The notes under the pieces were generated by a model that saw only the letters and a list, made by a program, of their open reading frames with translations, had not been told where the DNA came from and made no database searches. Positions 28,784 to 38,438 of a DNA stretch of 64,000 nucleotides are shown here, one piece after another (within the stretch, counting starts at the first letter, position 1; each line of letters starts with the position of its first letter). The stretch is from the NCBI GenBank assembly GCA_043819555.1, contig JBDREQ010000073.1, positions 192,001 to 256,000 on the forward strand, given 5' to 3'. Made by a program: the position numbers and the translations under genes. This DNA comes from Candidatus Zixiibacteriota bacterium (lineage in GTDB: Bacteria; Zixibacteria; MSB-5A5; GN15; JAAZOE01).

Positions 28784-31075
28784 ATGAAAGAGAAAACCAA
28801 ATTACAGATAATCGGGATACTTTTGGCGGCCTTTACGATTATGTCGCTTATAAGCCTGGTCGGCCATAACAATCCAGATGATATGATGATTATCTCTGAT
28901 GAAGCCGTCTACGGGAATCCTTTTACGCTGGCCTACGCTAATTTGGGCGGCATGATGGGGGCATATTTTAGTTACGCTGCCTTTTTCTTTATGGGTTGGG
29001 GGGCGTATTTCGGATTGATTTTCCTCCTTGTATTATCTTTTAAGCTAATCGGATTTGATATCGCAAGACGATTTCTTAAACATGCTGGAATCTTGTGGGC
29101 CGCAATGACACTTATACTAATAATCAGTGATGTCGAAAAAGTATCTGATAAGATTTTTGCCGTGACTTACCCTGACGGAATCGGTGCTCTGGGGCATACT
29201 CTTATTGAAGGAATGATTTATATAGTTGGCATTCCCGGGGCCTATATTATTAGTTTCGCCACTCTTATCTGCGTCTTCGTTTATTATGGGTATATTTCTC
29301 ATAAATTCCGAAATCTGGTGACGATTATGAGAGCCGAATCGATCAGAAGAATCCAGCAGGGCTGGCAGATTGCTCTTGAAAAATTGGAAAAAATAAAATC
29401 AACATCCAATTTTAATAAATTGTTTATGCGGGAATCAATTAACAAAACCAGAAAAAGGAAAAAATCTCAGAAGCAACTAATTGAGGAGAAAGAAGAACAA
29501 ACGCAGGTTGTCGATCAGATTATTACTGATCATTTATCTGCGACTAATAAGCAGATAATTCATAAAAAGAAGGTCACTCTGCCGGGAAATAGCGAAGCGG
29601 TCACCGAACAGGTGGAAATGGATTCTGCAACGACTAACGATTTTATTATGCCTCCAATCGACCTGCTCAGGGAAAATCCGGATAAAGCTATTGAATTTGA
29701 TACCAAAGAATTGGAAAATACCGCTAAGGCCCTGCGGGAGACCCTGGAGACATTTGGAGTTCGATTAAGCGGCAATATTGAGATGTTTCCAGGCCCGATA
29801 ATTACCCGTTTTGAAATCAGACCGGCGGCAGGGATAAAAGTTAGCCAGATATCCAATCTATCCGAAGATTTGGCCCTGAACCTCAAGGCCAGATCAATAC
29901 GCATTGTCGCGCCAATACCAGGCAAGGGAGCCGTTGGGATTGAGATCCCGAATCGCAATCCCCAAATCGTATATCTTCGCGATATTATTGAATCCGATAA
30001 ATTTCAGGAAAATAAATATAATTTACCATTGGCATTGGGAAAGGATATTTCGGGAAATCCTTTTGTCGTTGATTTAACAACAATGCCTCATCTTTTGATT
30101 GCGGGGACAACAGGTTCCGGAAAATCTGTGTGCATCAATGTCATAATAACATCACTGATGTATTCGCTGCCTCCTGAGGATCTTAGATTTATCTTTATCG
30201 ATCCCAAAATGCTGGAATTGACGGTTTATAAGGATATCCCTTATCTTGACGAAAAAGTTGTCACCAATTCCAAACAGGCTGAAAGAGTACTAAACGATGT
30301 CGTAATGGAAATGGAGCATCGCTACCGCACGCTGGCCAATGAATCGGTGAGGAATATCGTTGATTACAACGCCAAAAGAAAGCCGGGAAATAAAAAGCTG
30401 CCCTATATCGTGATAGTCATTGATGAATTGGCCGATTTGATGATGTCGACGCATTCTTCCAGAGTCGAACTGCTTTTGACCCGCCTGGCTCAAATGGCAC
30501 GGGCAGTGGGAATTCATTTAATTCTGGCAACGCAAAGACCTTCAGTTGATGTTATTACCGGACTTATTAAAGCTAATTTTCCTTCCCGGGTAGCTTTTCA
30601 GGTAGCCACTCGTATCGATTCCCGCACAATTCTTGATGGGAATGGAGCTGAACGTCTTTTGGGAAACGGAGATATGCTTTACCTCGAAACCGGATCGCCG
30701 GAACCGGAAAGACTGCATGGCCCTTATATTACCTCGGATGAAACCGAATGCCTGGTAACATTTATAAAGCAACAGCCTTATAGTAAAGTAAAGCAAGAAG
30801 CATCGGAAACAGTTGCCGAAGAAAAAACACAAGTCCGTCAACTTAATGACCCGGTCATGATGGAGGCGGTCGAAACGGTTATCGGTCAGGGGCAGGCCTC
30901 CGTTTCTTTATTGCAGCGTAAGCTTGGAATCGGCTATCAGCGTGCCGCCCGGTTGATTGACGAGCTGGAAGAAATGAAGATTATCGGCCCATATAATGAA
31001 TCAAAAGCCAGGGATGTTCTCGTTGACAAAGCATTCCTGGAAAACATAAAGAACGGTAAATATTCCAAAACATAA
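28784..31075 (+). CDS. ftsK: DNA translocase FtsK
   Basis: N-terminal TMs, MPHLLIAGTTGSGKSV, IDELADLM, LATQRPSVDVITG, gamma domain SLLQRKL.IGY.RAAR. Confidence 0.97.
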   Translation: MKEKTKLQIIGILLAAFTIMSLISLVGHNNPDDMMIISDEAVYGNPFTLAYANLGGMMGAYFSYAAFFFMGWGAYFGLIFLLVLSFKLIGFDIARRFLKHAGILWAAMTLILIISDVEKVSDKIFAVTYPDGIGALGHTLIEGMIYIVGIPGAYIISFATLICVFVYYGYISHKFRNLVTIMRAESIRRIQQGWQIALEKLEKIKSTSNFNKLFMRESINKTRKRKKSQKQLIEEKEEQTQVVDQIITDHLSATNKQIIHKKKVTLPGNSEAVTEQVEMDSATTNDFIMPPIDLLRENPDKAIEFDTKELENTAKALRETLETFGVRLSGNIEMFPGPIITRFEIRPAAGIKVSQISNLSEDLALNLKARSIRIVAPIPGKGAVGIEIPNRNPQIVYLRDIIESDKFQENKYNLPLALGKDISGNPFVVDLTTMPHLLIAGTTGSGKSVCINVIITSLMYSLPPEDLRFIFIDPKMLELTVYKDIPYLDEKVVTNSKQAERVLNDVVMEMEHRYRTLANESVRNIVDYNAKRKPGNKKLPYIVIVIDELADLMMSTHSSRVELLLTRLAQMARAVGIHLILATQRPSVDVITGLIKANFPSRVAFQVATRIDSRTILDGNGAERLLGNGDMLYLETGSPEPERLHGPYITSDETECLVTFIKQQPYSKVKQEASETVAEEKTQVRQLNDPVMMEAVETVIGQGQASVSLLQRKLGIGYQRAARLIDELEEMKIIGPYNESKARDVLVDKAFLENIKNGKYSKT

Positions 31076-31101
31076 TTCGTATTTTTATTGTATAACATTT
31101 T

Positions 31102-31719
31102 ATGATACGGCAAATTTCAAATATAATCATATTATTGATCGTGGCGTTTAATGCTTTTGCCTTTGCCGAATGCCCCATATTTGATAAGGCTATGGATTAC
31201 TATCAATCGCACGAATATTATTCTATGGAATATTCTCAGTTAATCTATTCTGATATTTTTAAAAGTGTTGATACCCTGACCGGGACTATAAAAGCCTGTT
31301 CCGACGGCCGTTTTAGCCTGACAATGCCCAGGCAGATTTTAGTCTCCAATGGAACAATATTATGGAATTACGCGATTGACAACGAGCAGGTCATAATCGA
31401 TTCAATCTCCCGTAAAGATATCTGGAATCCGATTATGCTTTTTTTTAATCCCCGCAGTTATTATAAATGCAGTCTCGAAAACAACGATGGCAAAACTGCC
31501 CAGGTGTCAATGATTTCCCATGACAGCTTGATAGCGCCAAACGAATTTCAAATTAAATTCAGACTCGATGATTTTATCCCTCTTGAGATTTTCTATCTGG
31601 ATGAAAATGATTCACGCATTGAAATTTATATCACTGATTTTATATTTATATCAAATCTTTCTGATTCGGTTTTCAATTTCATTCCTCCGGCAGGAATCGA
31701 AGTGATCGAAATGCCATGA
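31102..31719 (+). CDS. lolA: Outer-membrane lipoprotein carrier LolA-like protein
   Basis: Signal peptide, Q.LVSNG..LW.Y..EQV, F.F.PP.G.EV; typical position after ftsK. Confidence 0.75.
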   Translation: MIRQISNIIILLIVAFNAFAFAECPIFDKAMDYYQSHEYYSMEYSQLIYSDIFKSVDTLTGTIKACSDGRFSLTMPRQILVSNGTILWNYAIDNEQVIIDSISRKDIWNPIMLFFNPRSYYKCSLENNDGKTAQVSMISHDSLIAPNEFQIKFRLDDFIPLEIFYLDENDSRIEIYITDFIFISNLSDSVFNFIPPAGIEVIEMP

Positions 31720-33041
31720 AACGCTATTATATCCATAAATTAGGATGCCCCAAAAATGACGTTGATGCCGAATATCTATCTGGCTATTTAGGAAATCTTG
31801 GTTTTCAAAAAACCGACGACGCCGATGACGCCGATTACATAATCGTCAATACTTGCGCGTTTATTCGGGATGCGAAAGAAGAATCAATTGATTCCATTTT
31901 GCATTTGATTAAAATAAAAGATCGCAAAAAGGATTCCCGCGTAATCGTTACGGGATGCCTGGCGCAAAGATATTCACATGATTTGGTCAAAGACATTCCC
32001 GAAATCGACGGCGTCTTAGGGCTTGATAATATCACCCAAATAAGAGATTTAATGGATAACAAAGATGCGAAGATTGCGATTGCTGAAAATAATTCGCGCG
32101 AATACCGGGAATTTCAAATTGATCGCGAACTGGATCCAAATCAGGTTTTTGGCTATCTGAAAATATCCGATGGCTGCAATAACAGATGTGCCTATTGCAG
32201 CATACCGGATATCAGAGGACGTTTTCGAAGCCGTAAAATGGAGAATATTCTCAATGAAGCCCGATATCTTATTAATCACGGCAAAAAAGAGATAATTCTC
32301 GTGTCCCAGGAATGTACCGCCTATGGCTTGGATTTGTATGGCAGGCAATGCCTGTCGTCCCTGCTGGATGGTTTGTCGGGGCTGGACGGCGATTTTTGGA
32401 TTAGAATTATGTATTTGCACCCCGGGCGATTGACGAGCGATCTCATCGACTATATCATTGACAATCCGAAGATATGTAACTACTTTGATTTACCTTTGCA
32501 GCATTGCAGCGATGATATACTACGGGCGATGGGTAGAAAAACGACACGAAGTTCGATAGAAAAATTGATAAGTAAGATACGCCAAAAAAAAATGAGAAGT
32601 GCCATTCGAACGAACTTTATAGTCGGTTTTCCGGGAGAAACAGAAAAGCAATTTGAGGAACTATGCTCTTTTATTGAAGAAATTGAATTTGATCGATTGG
32701 GTGCTTTTGTGTATTCTCGTGAAGAAAACACCAAAGCCGCTGATATGCCGAACCAGGTAGAGCATAAAACCAAAGATGAACGATATCATCACCTGATGGA
32801 AATTCAGCGCGAAATCGCGTTAACCCGTAATGAAAATGATATTGGCGAGCGGTTTGAGGGAATAATTGACAGAGTTAATTTTGAAGAAGGATATTCAATT
32901 GCCCGAACCAGGTTTGACGCTCCGGAAATTGACCAGGAAGTTAATTTGAAAAATATTGATTTGAGACCGGGCGAATTTATACCGATAATTATAACTGGGT
33001 ACGACGGATATGATTTACTTGGAACAAGGGAGGAACAATGA
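31716..33041 (+). CDS. rimO: Ribosomal protein S12 methylthiotransferase
   Basis: LGCPKN.VD, NTCAFI..AKEESI, radical SAM CNNRCAYC, APEID, TRAM domain. Confidence 0.95.
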   Translation: MKRYYIHKLGCPKNDVDAEYLSGYLGNLGFQKTDDADDADYIIVNTCAFIRDAKEESIDSILHLIKIKDRKKDSRVIVTGCLAQRYSHDLVKDIPEIDGVLGLDNITQIRDLMDNKDAKIAIAENNSREYREFQIDRELDPNQVFGYLKISDGCNNRCAYCSIPDIRGRFRSRKMENILNEARYLINHGKKEIILVSQECTAYGLDLYGRQCLSSLLDGLSGLDGDFWIRIMYLHPGRLTSDLIDYIIDNPKICNYFDLPLQHCSDDILRAMGRKTTRSSIEKLISKIRQKKMRSAIRTNFIVGFPGETEKQFEELCSFIEEIEFDRLGAFVYSREENTKAADMPNQVEHKTKDERYHHLMEIQREIALTRNENDIGERFEGIIDRVNFEEGYSIARTRFDAPEIDQEVNLKNIDLRPGEFIPIIITGYDGYDLLGTREEQ

Positions 33042-33691
33042 GTTCCGGAGTGAGCCTTGAAAAGACCGGTATATTTTTATCCAAACCAATCGCGCTTCTT
33101 CTGGTCTTAATTTATCTTTTGCAATCGACGCTTTTGATATTCCTCGTGAAAGATAAATACGAATTGCATAAAATTATCGACTTCCAGCGCAATCGTCTGA
33201 GCGAAATGGAAGAAAAGCTAAGGATTTTCCAAATTATTGAAGATTTTCAAATCGGCTTCAGTGATGACGAAAAAAAAGATCTGGCAAATGTCATATTCGA
33301 GGAAAGCCAGAAATACAATTATGACCCACTCCTGATAATGGCTGTAATCATGACCGAATCAACATTTAAAAAGGGGCAGGTTTCACAGGTTGGGGCGCGC
33401 GGAATAATGCAGCTTATGCCCGCCACCGGGTTCGATTTGGCCTCACGAAGCGGAATTGATTTGGAAAACCATGATCAATTTTTTGACCCGGCGTTGAATG
33501 TTCAACTGGGTACTTTGCATCTTTTTGAACAAATTTTGAAGTTTAAGGATGTCAAAAAGGGTATAATATCATATAATCTTGGGGAGACCCGAGTGCGAGG
33601 GAGGCTAAGAAATAATAAACCGCTTCCCGGGCGATATTTCCAAAAGATTTGGGAAAACTACAATATGCTGAAAGAAAAATACGATGTGTAA
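33038..33691 (+). CDS. Membrane-anchored lytic transglycosylase (SLT domain)
   Basis: N-terminal TM; AVIMTES catalytic Glu, GARGIMQLMPAT, SYNLG. Confidence 0.9.
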   Translation: MSSGVSLEKTGIFLSKPIALLLVLIYLLQSTLLIFLVKDKYELHKIIDFQRNRLSEMEEKLRIFQIIEDFQIGFSDDEKKDLANVIFEESQKYNYDPLLIMAVIMTESTFKKGQVSQVGARGIMQLMPATGFDLASRSGIDLENHDQFFDPALNVQLGTLHLFEQILKFKDVKKGIISYNLGETRVRGRLRNNKPLPGRYFQKIWENYNMLKEKYDV

Positions 33692-34478
33692 GCTCAACCG
33701 CGAAATCATTATTTATTTATTCGTCACACTGCTGATATCAGTCATTCTGGCCGGGTGCGGCGGCATTACAATGAAAAATTATACCAGTTCCGAAGAGCAG
33801 TACCGGGAAGCGTACAAAGAGTTTCAAAAGAAACACTACGTAAAGGCCATAGACGGTTTTCAAAAAGTCGTTTATAATTTTAGCGGCTCACCGATGGTTG
33901 ATTCGGCACAGTATTACCTGGCCATGTCATATTATCTCGACAAAGAATATTATTTAGCCGCGGCCGAATTCGAACGGGTTGTAAATAACTATCCCGGTTC
34001 CGATTTTGTGGATGACAGCCAATATATGGCCGGATTGTGTTATTTTAAATCGTCTCCCAAAAACGCGGGGCTGGATCAGAATGAGTTAATCCGCGCTCTG
34101 GAAGTTTTGAATGATTTCGTTACAGATTATCCTGAATCCGAGTTAGTTGACGACGCCCGGGCAACTATTAAGGTCGGAATGGATCGTCTGGCCAAAAAAC
34201 GCTATCAAAACGGGCAAATGTATTTCAAACTGGCCTATTATAAATCAGCGCAAATATATTTTCAAACAGTCATTGATGAGCATACCGATAGTGACTGGGC
34301 AGCCCAGGCGTTATATTACCTTGCAGAAATAGATTTAAATAAAAAAGACTACTCCGATGCGAAGGAAAAATTCATAAACTTCCTGGTAATTTACCCGGAA
34401 CATGACCTGACCGAAAAGGCTCAGAAAAAACTGGTTGAAGCAGAAGAGAAAATTGCCAAATCGACAGAAACTAATTAA
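33684..34478 (+). CDS. bamD: Outer membrane protein assembly factor BamD
   Basis: Lipobox LAGC, TPR repeats, YP.S motifs, LDQ. Confidence 0.88.
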   Translation: MCKLNREIIIYLFVTLLISVILAGCGGITMKNYTSSEEQYREAYKEFQKKHYVKAIDGFQKVVYNFSGSPMVDSAQYYLAMSYYLDKEYYLAAAEFERVVNNYPGSDFVDDSQYMAGLCYFKSSPKNAGLDQNELIRALEVLNDFVTDYPESELVDDARATIKVGMDRLAKKRYQNGQMYFKLAYYKSAQIYFQTVIDEHTDSDWAAQALYYLAEIDLNKKDYSDAKEKFINFLVIYPEHDLTEKAQKKLVEAEEKIAKSTETN

Positions 34479-35067
34479 TCCATCCGAAGGCGGCCTCTGG
34501 GGGATAATGGGAGGCGCCTTCAATCCTATTCATTTAGGCCACTTGGTCATGGCCAATTCCTTAATGCAGTCTCTTGAAGCCGATGGAATGATGTTTGTTC
34601 CCTCAATAAATCATCCCTTGAAAAACGATCATAATCTTTCTTCAAGCTATGAGGACCGATTCAATATGGTTTCACTGGCCATTGAAGGTAATGAGAGTTT
34701 TATAATCGAGCATCCACCGGAAAGTTCGCCATACACGTTCGATTTGGTTGATTATTTGCAGAACAAATACCGCTTGGCCCGCTTTTTCCTTCCAATTGGA
34801 TCGGATATAATTAATGAATTTCACCAATGGTACAAAAGCAGCGAGATCGAACAGCACATCCGTGTCGTAATTGCGGTTCGCCCGGGCTTTGAGGTCAAAC
34901 CGCGATTAGACGGTCTTCTTAAAGGAGCGGAAATCATTAATATCCCTCAATTGAAAATCGCATCCCGGGAATTAAGACATATGATAAAATCTAATATTTC
35001 TATTAAGTACCTGGTTCCGCCCCAGGTAGAGGATTATATTAAGAAGCGGGGCCTTTATGCCGAATGA
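34435..35067 (+). CDS. nadD: Nicotinate-nucleotide adenylyltransferase
   Basis: GGAFNPIHLGH, IGSD, W, RPG, IAS..R, YLVP..V..YI; true start probably slightly downstream. Confidence 0.9.
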   Translation: MKQKRKLPNRQKLINPSEGGLWGIMGGAFNPIHLGHLVMANSLMQSLEADGMMFVPSINHPLKNDHNLSSSYEDRFNMVSLAIEGNESFIIEHPPESSPYTFDLVDYLQNKYRLARFFLPIGSDIINEFHQWYKSSEIEQHIRVVIAVRPGFEVKPRLDGLLKGAEIINIPQLKIASRELRHMIKSNISIKYLVPPQVEDYIKKRGLYAE

Positions 35068-37786
35068 AAATTCCGGTTCTAAGTTAAAGAAATTATTCTT
35101 ATTTGACGGCTCGGCTTTGGCGTACAGGGCATACTATGCCTTTGTCAGAAATCCTTTAATCAATTCCAAAGGAGAGAACACTTCGGCAGCATTTGGCGTG
35201 GTCGGCTCAATTATTAAAGTTCTAAATAAGGAAAAACCGGATTTTTTGGCGGTCATATTTGATACCAAAGAACCGACTTTTAGACATAAATTATATGATG
35301 ACTATAAGGCCACTCGGTCAAAAATGCCCGATGACATGGTATCTCAACTTCCGAGAATCTATCAGGCCATTGATGCTCTGAATATAAAGCAAATTTCAAT
35401 GGAGGGGTATGAGGCCGATGATATCATGGCAACTCTTGCCCGTCAGGGGGCTCAGGAGGGCTTATCCATTCATCTCGTGACCAGTGATAAGGATATGTTC
35501 CAGTTAATCAATGAAAATATACACATGTATATTCCCCAGAAAGGCTCATTACCTCCAGTTAGAATGGATAGAGAGGCTGTGAAGAAAAAGATTGGCGTAT
35601 ATCCTGAAAATGTTACTGAATTAATGGCTTTGACCGGCGATAGCTCGGATAATATTCCCGGAATACCCGGAGTAGGTCCCAAAACGGCATTGAGTCTGTT
35701 AGAACAATTTGGAAACCTGCAAAATATTCTGGACAAAGCTGAAGAAATTAATGCTAAGGGAATTCGTAATAAAGTTCTCAACAATAAAGACATGGCGCTG
35801 CTTTCGTTAAAATTGGTGACTATTGATCAGAATGTCTCCCTTGATATTAAAATGGATGATCTAATCCGTTCAGAACCTGATATTGAAAAATGTAAGAAAC
35901 TATTTATTGACTTGGAGTTTTTTAATCTCTTGAAAGAGATAACGGGAGAATCCGTTAAGAAACCCGTCGAACAAAAACAATCCAAAGCTTCCTATAAACT
36001 CGTTAAAACTATATCTGAACTAAAAAATATCGTGGAGGAGCTTTCCACCAAGAAAGAGATTGCATTTGATACCGAGACCGATTCTGTCAATGCTCTTCAG
36101 GCTAACTTAGTTGGGATTTCGTTAGCCGGGAAAGCCGGAGACGCTTATTACATTCCGGTCTCTCATACCGAACAGCCCGAAAAAAATCTTAAGTTATCCG
36201 AAGTCGTTAAAATTCTCAAACCGCTGCTTACCGATAATAAAGTCCAGAAGATAGCGCATAACTTTAAATATGACTGGCAAGTAATGATACGACACGGCAT
36301 TACGGTATCTCCCGTATCTTTTGATTCTATGCTGGCATCATATATAATTAATTCTTCCGCACGCGGACATAATCTGGATAATCTTGCATTTGAGCATTTC
36401 AATTATAGGATGACTCCAATAACAGATTTAATTGGCAGCGGTAAAAACCAAAAATCATTCGCTACGGTTGATCCCCAAACAGCGGCACAATATTCAGGGG
36501 AAGACGCCGACTACACTTATCGATTAAGGGGGATTTTCGCTCACAAAATAGATGAATTGAACCTCCATCACTTGTATTATGATATTGAACTTCCGCTTGT
36601 CTCCGTTTTATCCCGCATGGAAATGAATGGAATAAAGATTGATTTGGACTTTCTAAAAACTCTTTCGAACGATATGCAGGCGGAAATCGACAGAATTGCC
36701 AGGGGTATTTTTGAAATGACCGGTTATGAATTTAACCTGAATTCTACGCAGCAGTTATCACGCATTTTGTTTGATGAATTAAAACTGCCCGCAAGAAGAA
36801 AAACGGCTAAGAAAACAGGTTTTTCAACCGATGTCCGGGTTCTTGAAGAACTATCGGCATTACATCCGCTCCCCAAAGCGATTCTTGAATATCGCCAGTA
36901 TAATAAACTTAAATCTACGTACGTTGATGCCATTCCGGAACTTGTTAATCCGGAAACGGGTAGAATCCATACTTCGTTCAATCAAACAATAACTTCGACT
37001 GGCCGACTATCATCATCTGATCCAAACCTGCAAAATATACCAATTCGGACCGAAAATGGCCGAGAAATTAGAAAAGCCTTTATTCCGGGCGATAAAAACT
37101 CATCATTAATGGTAGCCGATTATTCACAAGTTGAACTTCGTATTTTGGCTCATTATTCCGATGATAAGGGACTAATAAGAGCATTCAAAAACGGTGAAGA
37201 CATACATGCTCGTACAGCTGCCGAAGTTTACGGTATCCCAATCGAAAATGTAAATCGTGAGCAAAGACGCGCCGCAAAAACAGCCAATTTCGCCGTGGTT
37301 TACGGTGTCTCAGCTTATGGTCTTTCTCAACAAACCGAATTAAATTTAGCCGAATCCAAAGAGTTTATTGATACTTATTTCGACCGTTATCCCGGTATTA
37401 AAACCTATATGAAAAAAACTCTCGATTTTGCTCGGGAAAACGGATATGTGACAACATTACTGGATCGCCGCAGATATCTACCTGATATCAACAATAAGAA
37501 TTTTCAAATCCGTCAATTCGCTGAGAGAACTGCCATCAATACTCCAATCCAGGGTACCGCAGCTGATATAATCAAACTGGCGATGATTAAAATCGATAAA
37601 GCGATCAATTCAATGAAATCAAAAATGGTATTGCAGGTTCATGATGAACTGGTTTTTGACGCACCCGACGATGAACTTGAAGAATTGAAAAATATTGTTC
37701 AAAAACAAATGAGCGGAGCCATAAAATTAGAAGTCCCTCTCGATATTGATATTGGAGTCGGCCCCAATTGGCTGGAGGCAAAATAA
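35057..37786 (+). CDS. polA: DNA polymerase I
   Basis: 5'-3' exonuclease (DG..LAYRAY, EADD), 3'-5' exonuclease (DTET), TGRLSS.PNLQNIP, DYSQVELR, QVHDEL. Confidence 0.98.
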   Translation: MPNENSGSKLKKLFLFDGSALAYRAYYAFVRNPLINSKGENTSAAFGVVGSIIKVLNKEKPDFLAVIFDTKEPTFRHKLYDDYKATRSKMPDDMVSQLPRIYQAIDALNIKQISMEGYEADDIMATLARQGAQEGLSIHLVTSDKDMFQLINENIHMYIPQKGSLPPVRMDREAVKKKIGVYPENVTELMALTGDSSDNIPGIPGVGPKTALSLLEQFGNLQNILDKAEEINAKGIRNKVLNNKDMALLSLKLVTIDQNVSLDIKMDDLIRSEPDIEKCKKLFIDLEFFNLLKEITGESVKKPVEQKQSKASYKLVKTISELKNIVEELSTKKEIAFDTETDSVNALQANLVGISLAGKAGDAYYIPVSHTEQPEKNLKLSEVVKILKPLLTDNKVQKIAHNFKYDWQVMIRHGITVSPVSFDSMLASYIINSSARGHNLDNLAFEHFNYRMTPITDLIGSGKNQKSFATVDPQTAAQYSGEDADYTYRLRGIFAHKIDELNLHHLYYDIELPLVSVLSRMEMNGIKIDLDFLKTLSNDMQAEIDRIARGIFEMTGYEFNLNSTQQLSRILFDELKLPARRKTAKKTGFSTDVRVLEELSALHPLPKAILEYRQYNKLKSTYVDAIPELVNPETGRIHTSFNQTITSTGRLSSSDPNLQNIPIRTENGREIRKAFIPGDKNSSLMVADYSQVELRILAHYSDDKGLIRAFKNGEDIHARTAAEVYGIPIENVNREQRRAAKTANFAVVYGVSAYGLSQQTELNLAESKEFIDTYFDRYPGIKTYMKKTLDFARENGYVTTLLDRRRYLPDINNKNFQIRQFAERTAINTPIQGTAADIIKLAMIKIDKAINSMKSKMVLQVHDELVFDAPDDELEELKNIVQKQMSGAIKLEVPLDIDIGVGPNWLEAK

Positions 37787-38377
37787 ATGAACATCGGGGT
37801 CACCGGATTGATTGGCTCGGGGAAATCCGAAGTCGCAAAAACCTTTGCAAGGGAAGGGGCAATACTGCTTGATGCCGATAAAATTGCCAAAGAATTTGTT
37901 GAAAACAATCGGAGCGTTATTAATCAGTTAGTGTCAAAATTCGGCGCAGGAATTTTGGATAAGAACAATAAAATAAACCGGCGAGAACTGGGACAAATCG
38001 CATTTTCGCATCCTAAAAAAACGAAAATACTAAATTCAATTGTTCATCCCCATGTCTTTGAAAAATTGGATAGTGGGCTTAGGGACGCGAATAAGAAAAA
38101 GAAGCATGCTGTCGTTGACGCCGCTTTACTTATTAGTTCCGGATATTATAAAAAAATGGATATAATTGTACTGGTGACCGCCAGAACCAGCCTGAGAAAA
38201 GAGAGATTACTACTGAGGGGTTATTCGGAATTGGAATTTAAACAACGATCAAAATCCCAACTATCGGTTTCTCTCCTAAAATCAAGGGCAGACATTGTGA
38301 TTACCAATAATAAAAACCTCGACATTCTCCATGAAAATTCTCGTGATATATTTCACAAACTTACCGAAAAGGGTTGA
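37787..38377 (+). CDS. coaE: Dephospho-CoA kinase
   Basis: GVTGLIGSGKS, DAD.IA, R..LG..F, LNSIVHP. Confidence 0.93.
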   Translation: MNIGVTGLIGSGKSEVAKTFAREGAILLDADKIAKEFVENNRSVINQLVSKFGAGILDKNNKINRRELGQIAFSHPKKTKILNSIVHPHVFEKLDSGLRDANKKKKHAVVDAALLISSGYYKKMDIIVLVTARTSLRKERLLLRGYSELEFKQRSKSQLSVSLLKSRADIVITNNKNLDILHENSRDIFHKLTEKG

Positions 38378-38438
38378 CTTCTAACGCCGATTTTATCAGA
38401 TTGGACCGAAAGAATATTGCCAATCTTCAGGAGGTAAA